Positions 1 through 7,545 of a stretch of 32,934 bases of DNA are shown here, in pieces (positions within the stretch are counted from its first letter, which is position 1; each line of letters begins with the position of its first letter). The notes beneath the pieces were generated by a model. The model saw only the letters and a list, made by a program, of their open reading frames with translations, made no database searches and was not told the origin of the DNA. This DNA comes from Clostridia bacterium (GTDB lineage Bacteria; Bacillota; Clostridia; Christensenellales; CAG-1252). The stretch lies in contig JAFTBD010000002.1 in NCBI GenBank assembly GCA_017455385.1, positions 1-32,934 on the forward strand, written 5' to 3'. A program made the position numbers and the translations under genes.

Positions 1-60
1 GCCGTTATCTCCGCGCTGACCACGGACAAGACGATCTGTAGCATCATTTGCAGCCGCTGA
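1..60 (+). CDS. Possible 3' end of an unidentified CDS entering from the left edge (...AVISALTTDKTICSIICSR*); strand and frame ambiguous
   Basis: Own translation: plus frame 1 is open from position 1 to TGA at 58-60, with G/C-rich third codon positions. A minus-strand ORF (ATG 131-129, open to position 1) shares the same wobble positions, so only one of the two can be real. The minus ORF has no SD and its ATG lies inside a CATTCAT heptamer of the intergenic repeat family. Confidence 0.25.
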   Translation, partial: AVISALTTDKTICSIICSR

Positions 61-244
61 AGCTCCTGTAAAGATCTCCCTCTCACCAAGGCATTCGCGA
101 GGGCGCTCGCCGTCGAGACCAAGTCATTCATATCGTTTTATATGAAAAATTAAGATTTTTTGCTAATTTTAAGGTTCATTTAATGGTAGAATAATAGTAT
201 ATAACCGGAAAGGGGCGCTCGTGTGGCGCCAAAGGATGGATCAT

Positions 245-1312
245 ATGAAAAAGAGACTTATCATTTTAACGGCAATATTGGCGATCGTTCTCACCCTCTC
301 AGTTGCGGGGTGCAGTCTGGTCTCGGGCACTGACCTCATCGTGAATAACGGCGGCGGTTCGAGCGGCACTTCCGCCTCTTCGAGCACCATCGCGAAAGCG
401 GACTATTCCTCGATGACGAGGGAGGAGCTCGAGGCGACCCTGACGAAATATATCGACATCTGCGACAAGCAATCTGCGCTCCTCGAAGACTACAAGCAGA
501 TCGTGGAGGAAGCCGTGGCGAATAGTGAGACGAAGATCGGCGCGTATGCCTCCACCCTTGTGGACAGCGTGATGAATCTAGCCTGTGTGGAATCGCAATA
601 CAACCTCGGATGTCAGGGCACGGGCTTTATCATCTCCGCCGACGGCTACGTCCTCACCAATAACCACGTTGTCGCCTACGAGACGACCGTAATAGACCCG
701 AACAGCATCCGCAATTTCGGTCCATTTACGCAATACGGATACAAGACCGTTACGGGTGTGTATTCGTCCATCACCGCCGTCTTCGACTCGGAGAGCAGTT
801 ACTACGCGAACGGCACGGTATATAACCTTGAGTTCGTTTACCGCGATCCGGACTACGACCTCGCCCTCTTGAAGATCGTGGAAGAAGTCCCCGCGGGGGA
901 CGCTTGGAGCGCCGTTCCCTTCTATAACGGCACCACGAAGCGCGGCGACGAAGTGCTCGTCCTCGGCAATGCGGACGGATTCGGGCTCTCTGCCACGGCG
1001 GGCATCGTGTCCGCTACGGGCAAGACATTCACCGACTCCCCGAAACTCACCTTCATCCAGACCGACGCCGCCATCAACGGCGGTAACTCGGGCGGCCCCG
1101 CCGTCAATATCTACGGCGCGCTCATCGGCGTGGTGAATAGTAAGTTCGTCAGCACGAGCATCGAGAATATGGGCTTCGCCATCGAGCTCAGCAAGGTGGA
1201 GACCTTCATCGCCGACGCCATCGCGGACGCGACCGCGAAGGGGGCGCCGATAACGGTGTCATACACCACGAAAGGAGCGCAGGCTGCTACTGCTGCGCAA
1301 GACGCCGCATAA
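245..1312 (+). CDS. Trypsin-like serine protease (S1C / HtrA-DegP-like), lipoprotein, no obvious PDZ domain
   Basis: Lipoprotein signal MKKRLIILTAILAIVLTLSVAG|C. Catalytic contexts GYVLTNNHVV (His), DYDLALLKI (Asp) and TDAAINGGNSGGPAVN (Ser). AAAGGA lies 8 nt upstream of ATG 245. The track's GTG 221 and the ATG at 236 are in-frame alternatives with poorer SD spacing. Confidence 0.85.
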   Translation: MKKRLIILTAILAIVLTLSVAGCSLVSGTDLIVNNGGGSSGTSASSSTIAKADYSSMTREELEATLTKYIDICDKQSALLEDYKQIVEEAVANSETKIGAYASTLVDSVMNLACVESQYNLGCQGTGFIISADGYVLTNNHVVAYETTVIDPNSIRNFGPFTQYGYKTVTGVYSSITAVFDSESSYYANGTVYNLEFVYRDPDYDLALLKIVEEVPAGDAWSAVPFYNGTTKRGDEVLVLGNADGFGLSATAGIVSATGKTFTDSPKLTFIQTDAAINGGNSGGPAVNIYGALIGVVNSKFVSTSIENMGFAIELSKVETFIADAIADATAKGAPITVSYTTKGAQAATAAQDAA

Positions 1313-1464
1313 TGCGAGCGTGTATAAGGGCGCATCTGCGTTGTTTCTTCCTGCGCCTTGACGAAATCACGTACGGCAAGTACGCTCATTCGTACAAGGC
1401 TTGGAAAGCCTAGCATCTGCGACCCTTCTCCACGCTCTTTTAGAGTTTTCTTCAAACATTTCAC

Positions 1465-1503
1465 ATCGCTCTCCGAAAATCATTCGGAGAGCGATTTTTA
1501 TTC
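1465..1503 (+). terminator. Rho-independent terminator downstream of the protease gene
   Basis: Perfect 13-bp stem atcgctctccgaa (1465-1477) / ttcggagagcgat (1483-1495), 5-nt loop, followed by TTTTTATT. Confidence 0.8.
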
Positions 1504-1588
1504 TCTAAAATCCTCAATGCACTCAAAGCGTGCGATTCATGCGGCAGTGCCTTTAATTAATGCGCAAGCGCGCCGCGCTCGCGCGCAG

Positions 1589-1618
1589 TTGACATCTTCG
1601 CGCGGAATTTGCTATAAT
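1589..1618 (+). promoter_or_regulatory. SigmaA-type promoter for the large surface-protein gene
   Basis: TTGACA (1589-1594), 18-nt spacer, TATAAT (1613-1618), about 50 nt upstream of the ATG at 1671. Confidence 0.6.
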
Positions 1619-1670
1619 GTCTGCACTACACTTGTTATTATCGCGCGGCGCGCGTTATGAGGTCGGAGAT

Positions 1671-4600
1671 ATGTGGAGAAAGAGCAAATACGTTATCTTG
1701 GCGGTGGTCTTGCTGATATGTTGTGCGGTACTCGTTGCATGTGGCAGCGGGGCGTCGCAGCGGGAGCTGCGCACCGCGGCGAAAGCCACGCGTATGACAT
1801 ACCTATTCACGGACGCCTTCGAGGGGCTCGATTCCGTTCGGAGCGCGACGAAGACGGAGAGCGGACTGAGCGTTTTGGTGCGCTGTGACACGGAGAGCTT
1901 CTCCCTCTCGGACGTCTCCATTCCCGGCGCGTCTTTCGCGCTGTACGTGAGCCGCGAGTATCAGATCCCCTATCCCGAAGAGATCGAACTGAATATCGAC
2001 GAGCCTTTCACGGCGTTTCTGTCCGCCACGAGAGGGGATGCCGTCCTCGAATGCGACATCACCATTCTGCGCGCGCATGACTTCGGGGAATGGGCGTACA
2101 TAGCGGAGCCGACCTGTACCGAGGCGGGGTCCAAGCATAGGCAATGCGCCTTCTGCGACCTCGACGAGGTGGTCGCCATAGACGCGCTCGGACACGATTA
2201 CACCGACTGGACGGAGGTGCGTCCCGTCACTTGTCTGGAAGAGAGCGAGCGGGTGCGCACCTGCCGCCGTTGCGAGTATGAGGACAGGGAGATCACCGCG
2301 GCGCCGGGACACGACCTCGTGCATCACGAGGGCAAAGCGTCCTGCACCGAGCCCGGTTGGGCGCCCTACGACACTTGCACCCGTTGCGATTACACCACCT
2401 TCGAGGAGCTGCCCGCGTCGGGTCATCAGCCTATCACAGATCCTGCGAAGGAAGCCACCTGTACGGAAGACGGCTGCTCCGAAGGCTCGCATTGCGAGAA
2501 ATGCGGCGAGGTCTTCACGGAGCAGACCATTTATCCTGCGCTCGGACACCTTTACGCGGAGATCTCGCATAAAGACCCCACGTGTACGGAGGCGGGTCTC
2601 ATCGTACGGAAATGCAGTCGCTGTGAGGACGAGGAGAGAGAGGAGATCGCGGCGCTCGGGCACTCTTTTGACGGAGAGATCTGCACCCGTTGCGGCTATC
2701 GTGCCGCGGTCGGGCTCGTCTATCGCCTCGTGGACGGCTACTACGTCGTGGAGAGCATCGGCACTTTCGCGGGGAGCGAACTCTACGTGCCCGCTACCTA
2801 TAACGGGCTCCCCGTCATCGGCATCGATTCAGGCGCTTTCGCGAATGCGACTTTCGTGAAGCGGATCATCCTGCCCGTCGGTCTCGCTTATATCGACCCC
2901 GATGCGTTTTACGGTTGCGACGCCATCGAGGAGATCTCCGCTCCGAGCGACATCTTCTATAACACGCAGATATTGGATCGAGCCTTCGGCGCCGTCGCGA
3001 AATGCACCATTACGGGGAGCTATCTGTATCGCGATGGCGCATACGTCTCTCCCGTCATCTCGGCAAGCAGCTCTGTGACCATGCGCGCCACCATCACGAC
3101 GGCGGGGCGCTTTGAATGCAATTACGCCGTCTCCTCGGAGAGGGGAAGCGACATTCTATACGTGTATTATAATGGGACGCTATTGGATCAGATCTCGGGC
3201 GAGGTGGGCTATAAGCCCCTCGTCCTGAATGCTACCCTCGTGGGCGACGTCATCGAATTCACGTATGCGAAAGACTCTTCCATCAATAACGGAGACGACT
3301 GCGCGTACGTCCGCTTCGCCACGCCGAAAAGCATTCCTTCTTCCTTGAAGACAGTGACGCTCCTCGACGCGAAAGGGAATGTCGAGTCCAAGATATTCTA
3401 TGCCGACGGCGAGATCTCGGGCGTCAGCTTCGACAAGGACGCCAAGCTCTCCGATTACACCGTGAATGCTGCCCGGAGTTACCCGCTCTATTTCGGCGGC
3501 ACGGCGGACGAGTGGCGGACGTTCAAAGGGGATCACACCTCCTTTACGAATAAAGAAGACGTTTATTTCTACGAGGCGGAGCACGGCTCCGAGCGCAACT
3601 GGCGCTACGTGAATGGCGTCCCCGCCCTCGGTCCCTACGGGACGCATACTTTTGAGAACGAAGGTTACACCTGTGTGGCTCGGGTGTGTTCCTGCGGCTA
3701 CACCATCCCCGCGGACACCGTCGATCCCGTGCATAAGTATTCCGAGTGGGCGGTAGAGACGCCCGCCACCTGCACCGTGAACGGATCCGAGACGCGTCGG
3801 TGTGCGCTCTGCGGTAAGGTCGAGCGGGAGAGCATCGAGCTGAAAGATCATACCCCCGGCGAGTGGACGAGAACGGAGCCTACCTGCACGAAGGACGGCG
3901 AACGCGTGAAGAAGTGCACCGTCTGTCAGACGGTCTTGGAGAGAGAGGCGATCCCCGCCGCGCACCACTATGAGAACGGCGTTTGCACCGTTTGCGGCAC
4001 GCCGCAGCCGACCTTCACCCGTGTGAATGCCGAAGGCGTCGAGGACGAGGAAGGGAATTATATCTTCTTCGGGGAATATCCGCAGAGCAGGGTGACGGAT
4101 GAGAACGTTGCGGCGGCGCTCACTTTAGAGGCGGGCGACCTACCGACGGAGAGCGACAGTAAACGCTGGACGTCATACGGCTACTATAAGAGCAGCGTAA
4201 ATACCTCCGATTATATGTGGTATATCGATCTTCCGTATTCGGAGAACAAATACAGAGGTGTGTATTTTACGTCCTACAGACCGTTCAGTACGACGTCTGC
4301 GAGCGCCGCGGATTGTAGCTATCAAGATAATGGTGGGTATTATGTAAATGCTATATATTGGTTCAAGTATGAACCGATCAAGTGGCGCATCCTCGAGGAC
4401 AATGATGGTGAAGCCTTTATCTTCTGCGAGAATATTATCGACAGTCAAGAGTATTACGCTGACGTGCATACGCGATATGGAGACGAAACGGTATATCCGA
4501 ATAATTATAAGGAAAGCAACATTCGCAATTGGCTGAACGAGTCTTTCTACAATACGGCGTTCGGAACCGCCCAAAAGAACGCGATCCTTTTGAGCTTCGT

Positions 4601-6977
4601 AGATAATAGCGCCAGGAGCACATCGGATTCCAAAAACTATTTGGAACAAGCATTCTATTATTCCGAAAACACGAGAGACTACGTCTTCTTGCTCAGCGTG
4701 CAGGAGGTGACGGCTAAAGAGTATGGTTTTAATAGCAACTATTCCGCCGACGACTTTACGGCACGCTACAAAGAGCATACCGATTATGCTCTGTCACAAG
4801 GAGTGTGGTACGAATCGAATTGGACGAGCAGTGATTGGTGGCTCCGCTCTCCGCGTAATTATTACGGTTCTAACTCTCTTGCGGGAATGGTTTCTTACAG
4901 TGGATGCGTTGTTTCGGCAGGTTCTTCCGTTACAAATACCTACCTTGGCGTCGTCCCTGCCTTGCGCCTCAGGCTCCACGAGCCCACGCCGCCCGCCTAT
5001 ACCCGCGTGGACGCGGAAGGCGCGGAAGCGGAAGACGGCGATTATCTCCTCTTCGGCTCCTACCCGCAGAGCAGGGTGCAGGACGCATCGGTCGTCTCCG
5101 CCCTGAACGGAAGAGCGGGGGATCTCCCCACCGCCTCGGATAGCGGCAAGTGGACGAGCTACGGATATTATAAGAACGGCGTGGATACCACCGCATATAT
5201 GTGGTATATCGATCTCGCCTACGAGGGAGCGAAATACCGCGGCGTGTATTTCACGTCTTATCGTCCCTATTACACCACCTCGGACGGCACGGCGGAGAAT
5301 AGTTTCCAAGACGATAATGGATACAGCACCGCTACGGCGTATTGGTTCCTCTATGAGCCCATCAAGTGGCGCATCCTCGCAGAGGGGGAGGGCGAGGCGT
5401 TGATCCTCGCGGAGCTCATCCTCGACAGTCAGCACTTCAATTACGGGAATGACAGTTACAACCTTTATCGGGACAGCACGATACGCACCTGGCTGAATGA
5501 TACCTTCTATAATACCGCGTTCACCGCCCTGCAACGAGACGTGATCCTTCTGACCGAGGTGGAGAACGGCGCGCGCACGACCAATCCGGACGGTAACGCT
5601 TCGGAATGGAATTACGGTGCCAATAATAACGCCTACGGGAATACGCAAGACTATGTCTTCCTGCTCAGCGAGCAAGAGGTCACCATGGAGAGCTACGGCT
5701 TCGATCCCGATACGAACGGGTTCGACGAGGCGCGCAAGAAGAACACCACGGACTACGCACAGGCACAGGGAGCTTATACCACCGACACCACGGACATCGA
5801 AGGGAAAGGTCGTTGGTGGCTTCGTTCGCCCCATTACTCTGTCGTGAACTATGCCTACACCGTGCGGAATTCCGGTCCCGCGGAATATCTGACCAACTAT
5901 ATCCGCAGTACGGATACCGGCGTCGTCCCCGCCCTTCGCATTCGCTTGAAGGAGGCGGAAGAGCCCCAAGAACCGCAACAGCCCCAGCAAGAGGTCTCGG
6001 CGGCATATACCCGCGTGAACTCGCAGGGTGCGCCCGCGGAAGACGGAGACTACGTTCTCTTCGGCTATTATCCCCAGACGCAGATCTCGGATCCCACCGT
6101 TGTCGCGGCTCTCAACGAGGCGGCGGACGGACTTCCCACCCCCTCGGCGCCCGGGCTTTGGAGAGCATACGACTATTACGTCAACGGGCATAACGAATCC
6201 GTCTATATGTGGTACACCGATCGCAAATATGAGGGCGAGCGCTACCGCGGGGTGTATTTCGCCTATTATAGACCCTACAGGACGAATCTCGCGTCCTATT
6301 CGGACACCGGCTATCAAGACGACAACGGCTATTATACCTCGACGACGTATTGGTTCAAGTACGAGCCCATCAAGTGGCGCATCCTCGAGGAAGAGGGCGG
6401 GGAAGCATTCCTGCTCTCGGAAATGATCCTCGACAGCGGGGATTATTATGCGGACGCGAGCACGGGCACCTTCACGCACAACGACGGTATCGGTTACGCC
6501 AATAATTATGTGCTTTCGAATATTCGCAAATGGTTGAATGACACCTTCTATAATACGGCGTTCAAGTCGGCGGAGAAGGCGATCATCCTCACGACGCAGG
6601 TGGATAACAGCGCGCTGACCACGACCGATGCCGGCAGCAATCTGACGCAAGCGACGAAATACGAATCGAGCTATACCGAGGACTACGTCTATCTGCTCAG
6701 CCTGCGAGAGGTGACGAGCACATATTATGGCTTCGACAGCGATTACAACGCGAATGATCCCGCGCGTCGAAAGATGAATACCGACTATGCGAAGTCGCAA
6801 GGCGCATATACGCATACGGGCGCCTATGCGGGGGCGGGCTATTGGTGGCTCCGTTCGCCGAGCAACGGGTATGACAATTATGCAACGGACGTTTCCCCGA
6901 GCGGAAGCACCGGCAGTGGCAGCTTTGTGAGCCTTACCTACCTCGGCATCGCCCCGGCGATACGTATTTCGCTGTGA
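1671..6977 (+). CDS. Very large secreted or cell-surface lipoprotein. Contains Cys-rich CxxC repeats, a BspA-type leucine-rich repeat segment, and three tandem ~330-aa modules resembling the DUF6273 family (WWLRSP motif)
   Basis: GGAG lies 4 nt before ATG 1671, and the signal/lipobox is MWRKSKYVILAVVLLICCAVLVA|CGSG. The track start at 1617 adds 18 non-signal residues and lies at the -10 box. LRR_5-like segment: LYVPATYNGLPVIGIDSGAFANATFVKRIILPVGLAYIDPDAFYGCDAIEEI. The three modules share YPQSRV, KYRGVYFTSYRP, YWFKYEPIKWRIL, IRNWLN..FYNTAF, DYVFLLS..EV, WWLRSP and GVVPALR. Confidence 0.85.
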   Translation: MWRKSKYVILAVVLLICCAVLVACGSGASQRELRTAAKATRMTYLFTDAFEGLDSVRSATKTESGLSVLVRCDTESFSLSDVSIPGASFALYVSREYQIPYPEEIELNIDEPFTAFLSATRGDAVLECDITILRAHDFGEWAYIAEPTCTEAGSKHRQCAFCDLDEVVAIDALGHDYTDWTEVRPVTCLEESERVRTCRRCEYEDREITAAPGHDLVHHEGKASCTEPGWAPYDTCTRCDYTTFEELPASGHQPITDPAKEATCTEDGCSEGSHCEKCGEVFTEQTIYPALGHLYAEISHKDPTCTEAGLIVRKCSRCEDEEREEIAALGHSFDGEICTRCGYRAAVGLVYRLVDGYYVVESIGTFAGSELYVPATYNGLPVIGIDSGAFANATFVKRIILPVGLAYIDPDAFYGCDAIEEISAPSDIFYNTQILDRAFGAVAKCTITGSYLYRDGAYVSPVISASSSVTMRATITTAGRFECNYAVSSERGSDILYVYYNGTLLDQISGEVGYKPLVLNATLVGDVIEFTYAKDSSINNGDDCAYVRFATPKSIPSSLKTVTLLDAKGNVESKIFYADGEISGVSFDKDAKLSDYTVNAARSYPLYFGGTADEWRTFKGDHTSFTNKEDVYFYEAEHGSERNWRYVNGVPALGPYGTHTFENEGYTCVARVCSCGYTIPADTVDPVHKYSEWAVETPATCTVNGSETRRCALCGKVERESIELKDHTPGEWTRTEPTCTKDGERVKKCTVCQTVLEREAIPAAHHYENGVCTVCGTPQPTFTRVNAEGVEDEEGNYIFFGEYPQSRVTDENVAAALTLEAGDLPTESDSKRWTSYGYYKSSVNTSDYMWYIDLPYSENKYRGVYFTSYRPFSTTSASAADCSYQDNGGYYVNAIYWFKYEPIKWRILEDNDGEAFIFCENIIDSQEYYADVHTRYGDETVYPNNYKESNIRNWLNESFYNTAFGTAQKNAILLSFVDNSARSTSDSKNYLEQAFYYSENTRDYVFLLSVQEVTAKEYGFNSNYSADDFTARYKEHTDYALSQGVWYESNWTSSDWWLRSPRNYYGSNSLAGMVSYSGCVVSAGSSVTNTYLGVVPALRLRLHEPTPPAYTRVDAEGAEAEDGDYLLFGSYPQSRVQDASVVSALNGRAGDLPTASDSGKWTSYGYYKNGVDTTAYMWYIDLAYEGAKYRGVYFTSYRPYYTTSDGTAENSFQDDNGYSTATAYWFLYEPIKWRILAEGEGEALILAELILDSQHFNYGNDSYNLYRDSTIRTWLNDTFYNTAFTALQRDVILLTEVENGARTTNPDGNASEWNYGANNNAYGNTQDYVFLLSEQEVTMESYGFDPDTNGFDEARKKNTTDYAQAQGAYTTDTTDIEGKGRWWLRSPHYSVVNYAYTVRNSGPAEYLTNYIRSTDTGVVPALRIRLKEAEEPQEPQQPQQEVSAAYTRVNSQGAPAEDGDYVLFGYYPQTQISDPTVVAALNEAADGLPTPSAPGLWRAYDYYVNGHNESVYMWYTDRKYEGERYRGVYFAYYRPYRTNLASYSDTGYQDDNGYYTSTTYWFKYEPIKWRILEEEGGEAFLLSEMILDSGDYYADASTGTFTHNDGIGYANNYVLSNIRKWLNDTFYNTAFKSAEKAIILTTQVDNSALTTTDAGSNLTQATKYESSYTEDYVYLLSLREVTSTYYGFDSDYNANDPARRKMNTDYAKSQGAYTHTGAYAGAGYWWLRSPSNGYDNYATDVSPSGSTGSGSFVSLTYLGIAPAIRISL
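2115..2699 (+). repeat. Block of five full ~31-33-aa Cys-rich repeats plus a partial (pattern C-T-x2-G-x5-C-x2-C-x10-13-GH); a second, shorter block lies at 3771-3998
   Basis: Repeats read from the translation: CTEAGSKHRQCAFCD..ALGH, TCLEESERVRTCRRCE..APGH, CTEPGWAPYDTCTRCD..ASGH, CTEDGCSEGSHCEKCG..ALGH, CTEAGLIVRKCSRCE..ALGH. Second block: CTVNGSETRRCALCG, CTKDGERVKKCTVCQ. The four-Cys spacing suggests zinc-ribbon-like units. Confidence 0.7.
4011..6974 (+). repeat. Three tandem in-frame ~1-kb coding repeats (4011-4994, 4995-6002, 6003-6974) inside the surface-protein gene
   Basis: The modules start at TFTRVNAEG (4011), AYTRVDAEG (4995) and AYTRVNSQG (6003). Periods are 984, 1008 and 972 nt, and the conserved motifs are collinear in all three. 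A PQEPQQPQQ linker lies between modules 2 and 3. Confidence 0.85.
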
Positions 6978-7001
6978 AGAGAATGCTTTCAAACGATAAA
7001 A

Positions 7002-7040
7002 GTCACACGCAAGCCGCGTGTGACTTTTTCTGTCTCTTTT
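7002..7040 (+). terminator. Rho-independent terminator of the surface-protein gene
   Basis: 9-bp stem gtcacacgc (7002-7010) / gcgtgtgac (7016-7024), loop aagcc, then TTTTTCTGTCTCTTTTTT. Confidence 0.8.
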
Positions 7041-7048
7041 TTGAAAAA

Positions 7049-7254
7049 GTGAACTTGCTTACGCAGTGAATTGCACTTCGTGCGTAAATTGACCGCAGTT
7101 GCGGTCGTGAATTCTCGAGCAGAGCGCTCCGTGAATTGACGGCATAGCCGTCATTGCGGATAAATATATCCATAATGCACGCCAAGCGTGCAATTCATGC
7201 GCCAAAGGCGCCATTCATGGCGAAAGCCAATTCATGACCGTTAGGTCAATTCAT
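7049..7254. repeat. Array of ~10 short GC-rich hairpins of differing sequence, separated by a conserved heptamer. The left half uses GTGAATT/GTAAATT and the right half uses AATTCAT/CATTCAT (the inverted orientation)
   Basis: Parsed by eye. Left half: GTGAACTT(7049) gcttacgca, GTGAATT(7066) gcacttcgtgc, GTAAATT(7084) gaccgcagttgcggtc, GTGAATT(7107) ctcgagcagagcgctcc, GTGAATT(7131) gacggcatagccgtc. Centre: 7153-7176, containing ggata-aata-tatcc. Right half: gcacgccaagcgtgc AATTCAT(7192), gcgccaaaggcgc CATTCAT(7212), ggcgaaagcc AATTCAT(7229), gaccgttaggtc AATTCAT(7248). Confidence 0.7.
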
Positions 7255-7323
7255 CCCTTCTCAGCTCTCTTTTTTAAGTAATTCTTTGGAGAATTATTAG
7301 GATCGCGCTTTGCGCGCCACCTT

Positions 7324-7355
7324 CATTCCTAATTCCTAATTCATAATTCCTAATT
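7324..7355. repeat. Tandem heptamer repeat CATTCCT-AATTCCT-AATTCAT-AATTCCT-AATT
   Basis: Four head-to-tail 7-mers plus a partial, related to the AATTCAT spacer of the hairpin array ~70 nt upstream. Confidence 0.75.
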
Positions 7356-7545
7356 AAAGCGAAGCGTCACAGTTCCGAATTCCGCATTAATAAAGCAACA
7401 AGCCGACGGAGAGTGGTGCAGTCGCGAACGCGACGTGTCGCGGAGCGAGCAAGGCAGTCTGCCGAATCGTTGCTTTAGAGACGATGTAAACCGTCTCGGC
7501 AACCGAAGGCAGACAATGCCGCGCAGAGCCGCTATACGTCGGCGC

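Noticed and set aside
1-131. Minus-strand ORF starting at ATG 131 (MNDLVSTASALANALVRGRSLQELQRLQMM...) and running off the left edge
   Set aside because: It has no SD. Its ATG is part of a CATTCAT heptamer of the intergenic hairpin-repeat family, and 92-131 reads like that repeat family (CATTC + gcgag/ctcgc hairpin). It shares wobble positions with a plus-strand ORF tail ending at 60. It is kept only as an alternative to that low-confidence feature.
1358-1660. 100-aa plus-strand ORF (and 1111-1464 on the minus strand) in the protease/surface-protein spacer
   Set aside because: It runs through a strong terminator hairpin (1465-1495) and the downstream promoter. The region is better explained as non-coding repeats.
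1617-1670. The track's upstream start (ATG 1617) for the large surface protein
   Set aside because: The 18 extra residues precede a textbook lipoprotein signal that starts at ATG 1671 with GGAG in front. ATG 1617 also overlaps the predicted -10 box.
4794-6992. 732-aa minus-strand ORF (with companions 1803-2663, 3180-3968 and 4173-4778) antisense to the large surface-protein gene
   Set aside because: The plus strand encodes a coherent protein with a signal peptide and repeated, recognisable motifs. The antisense translations are Arg/Gly/Pro-rich, low-complexity products typical of stop-poor frames in ~60% G+C DNA.
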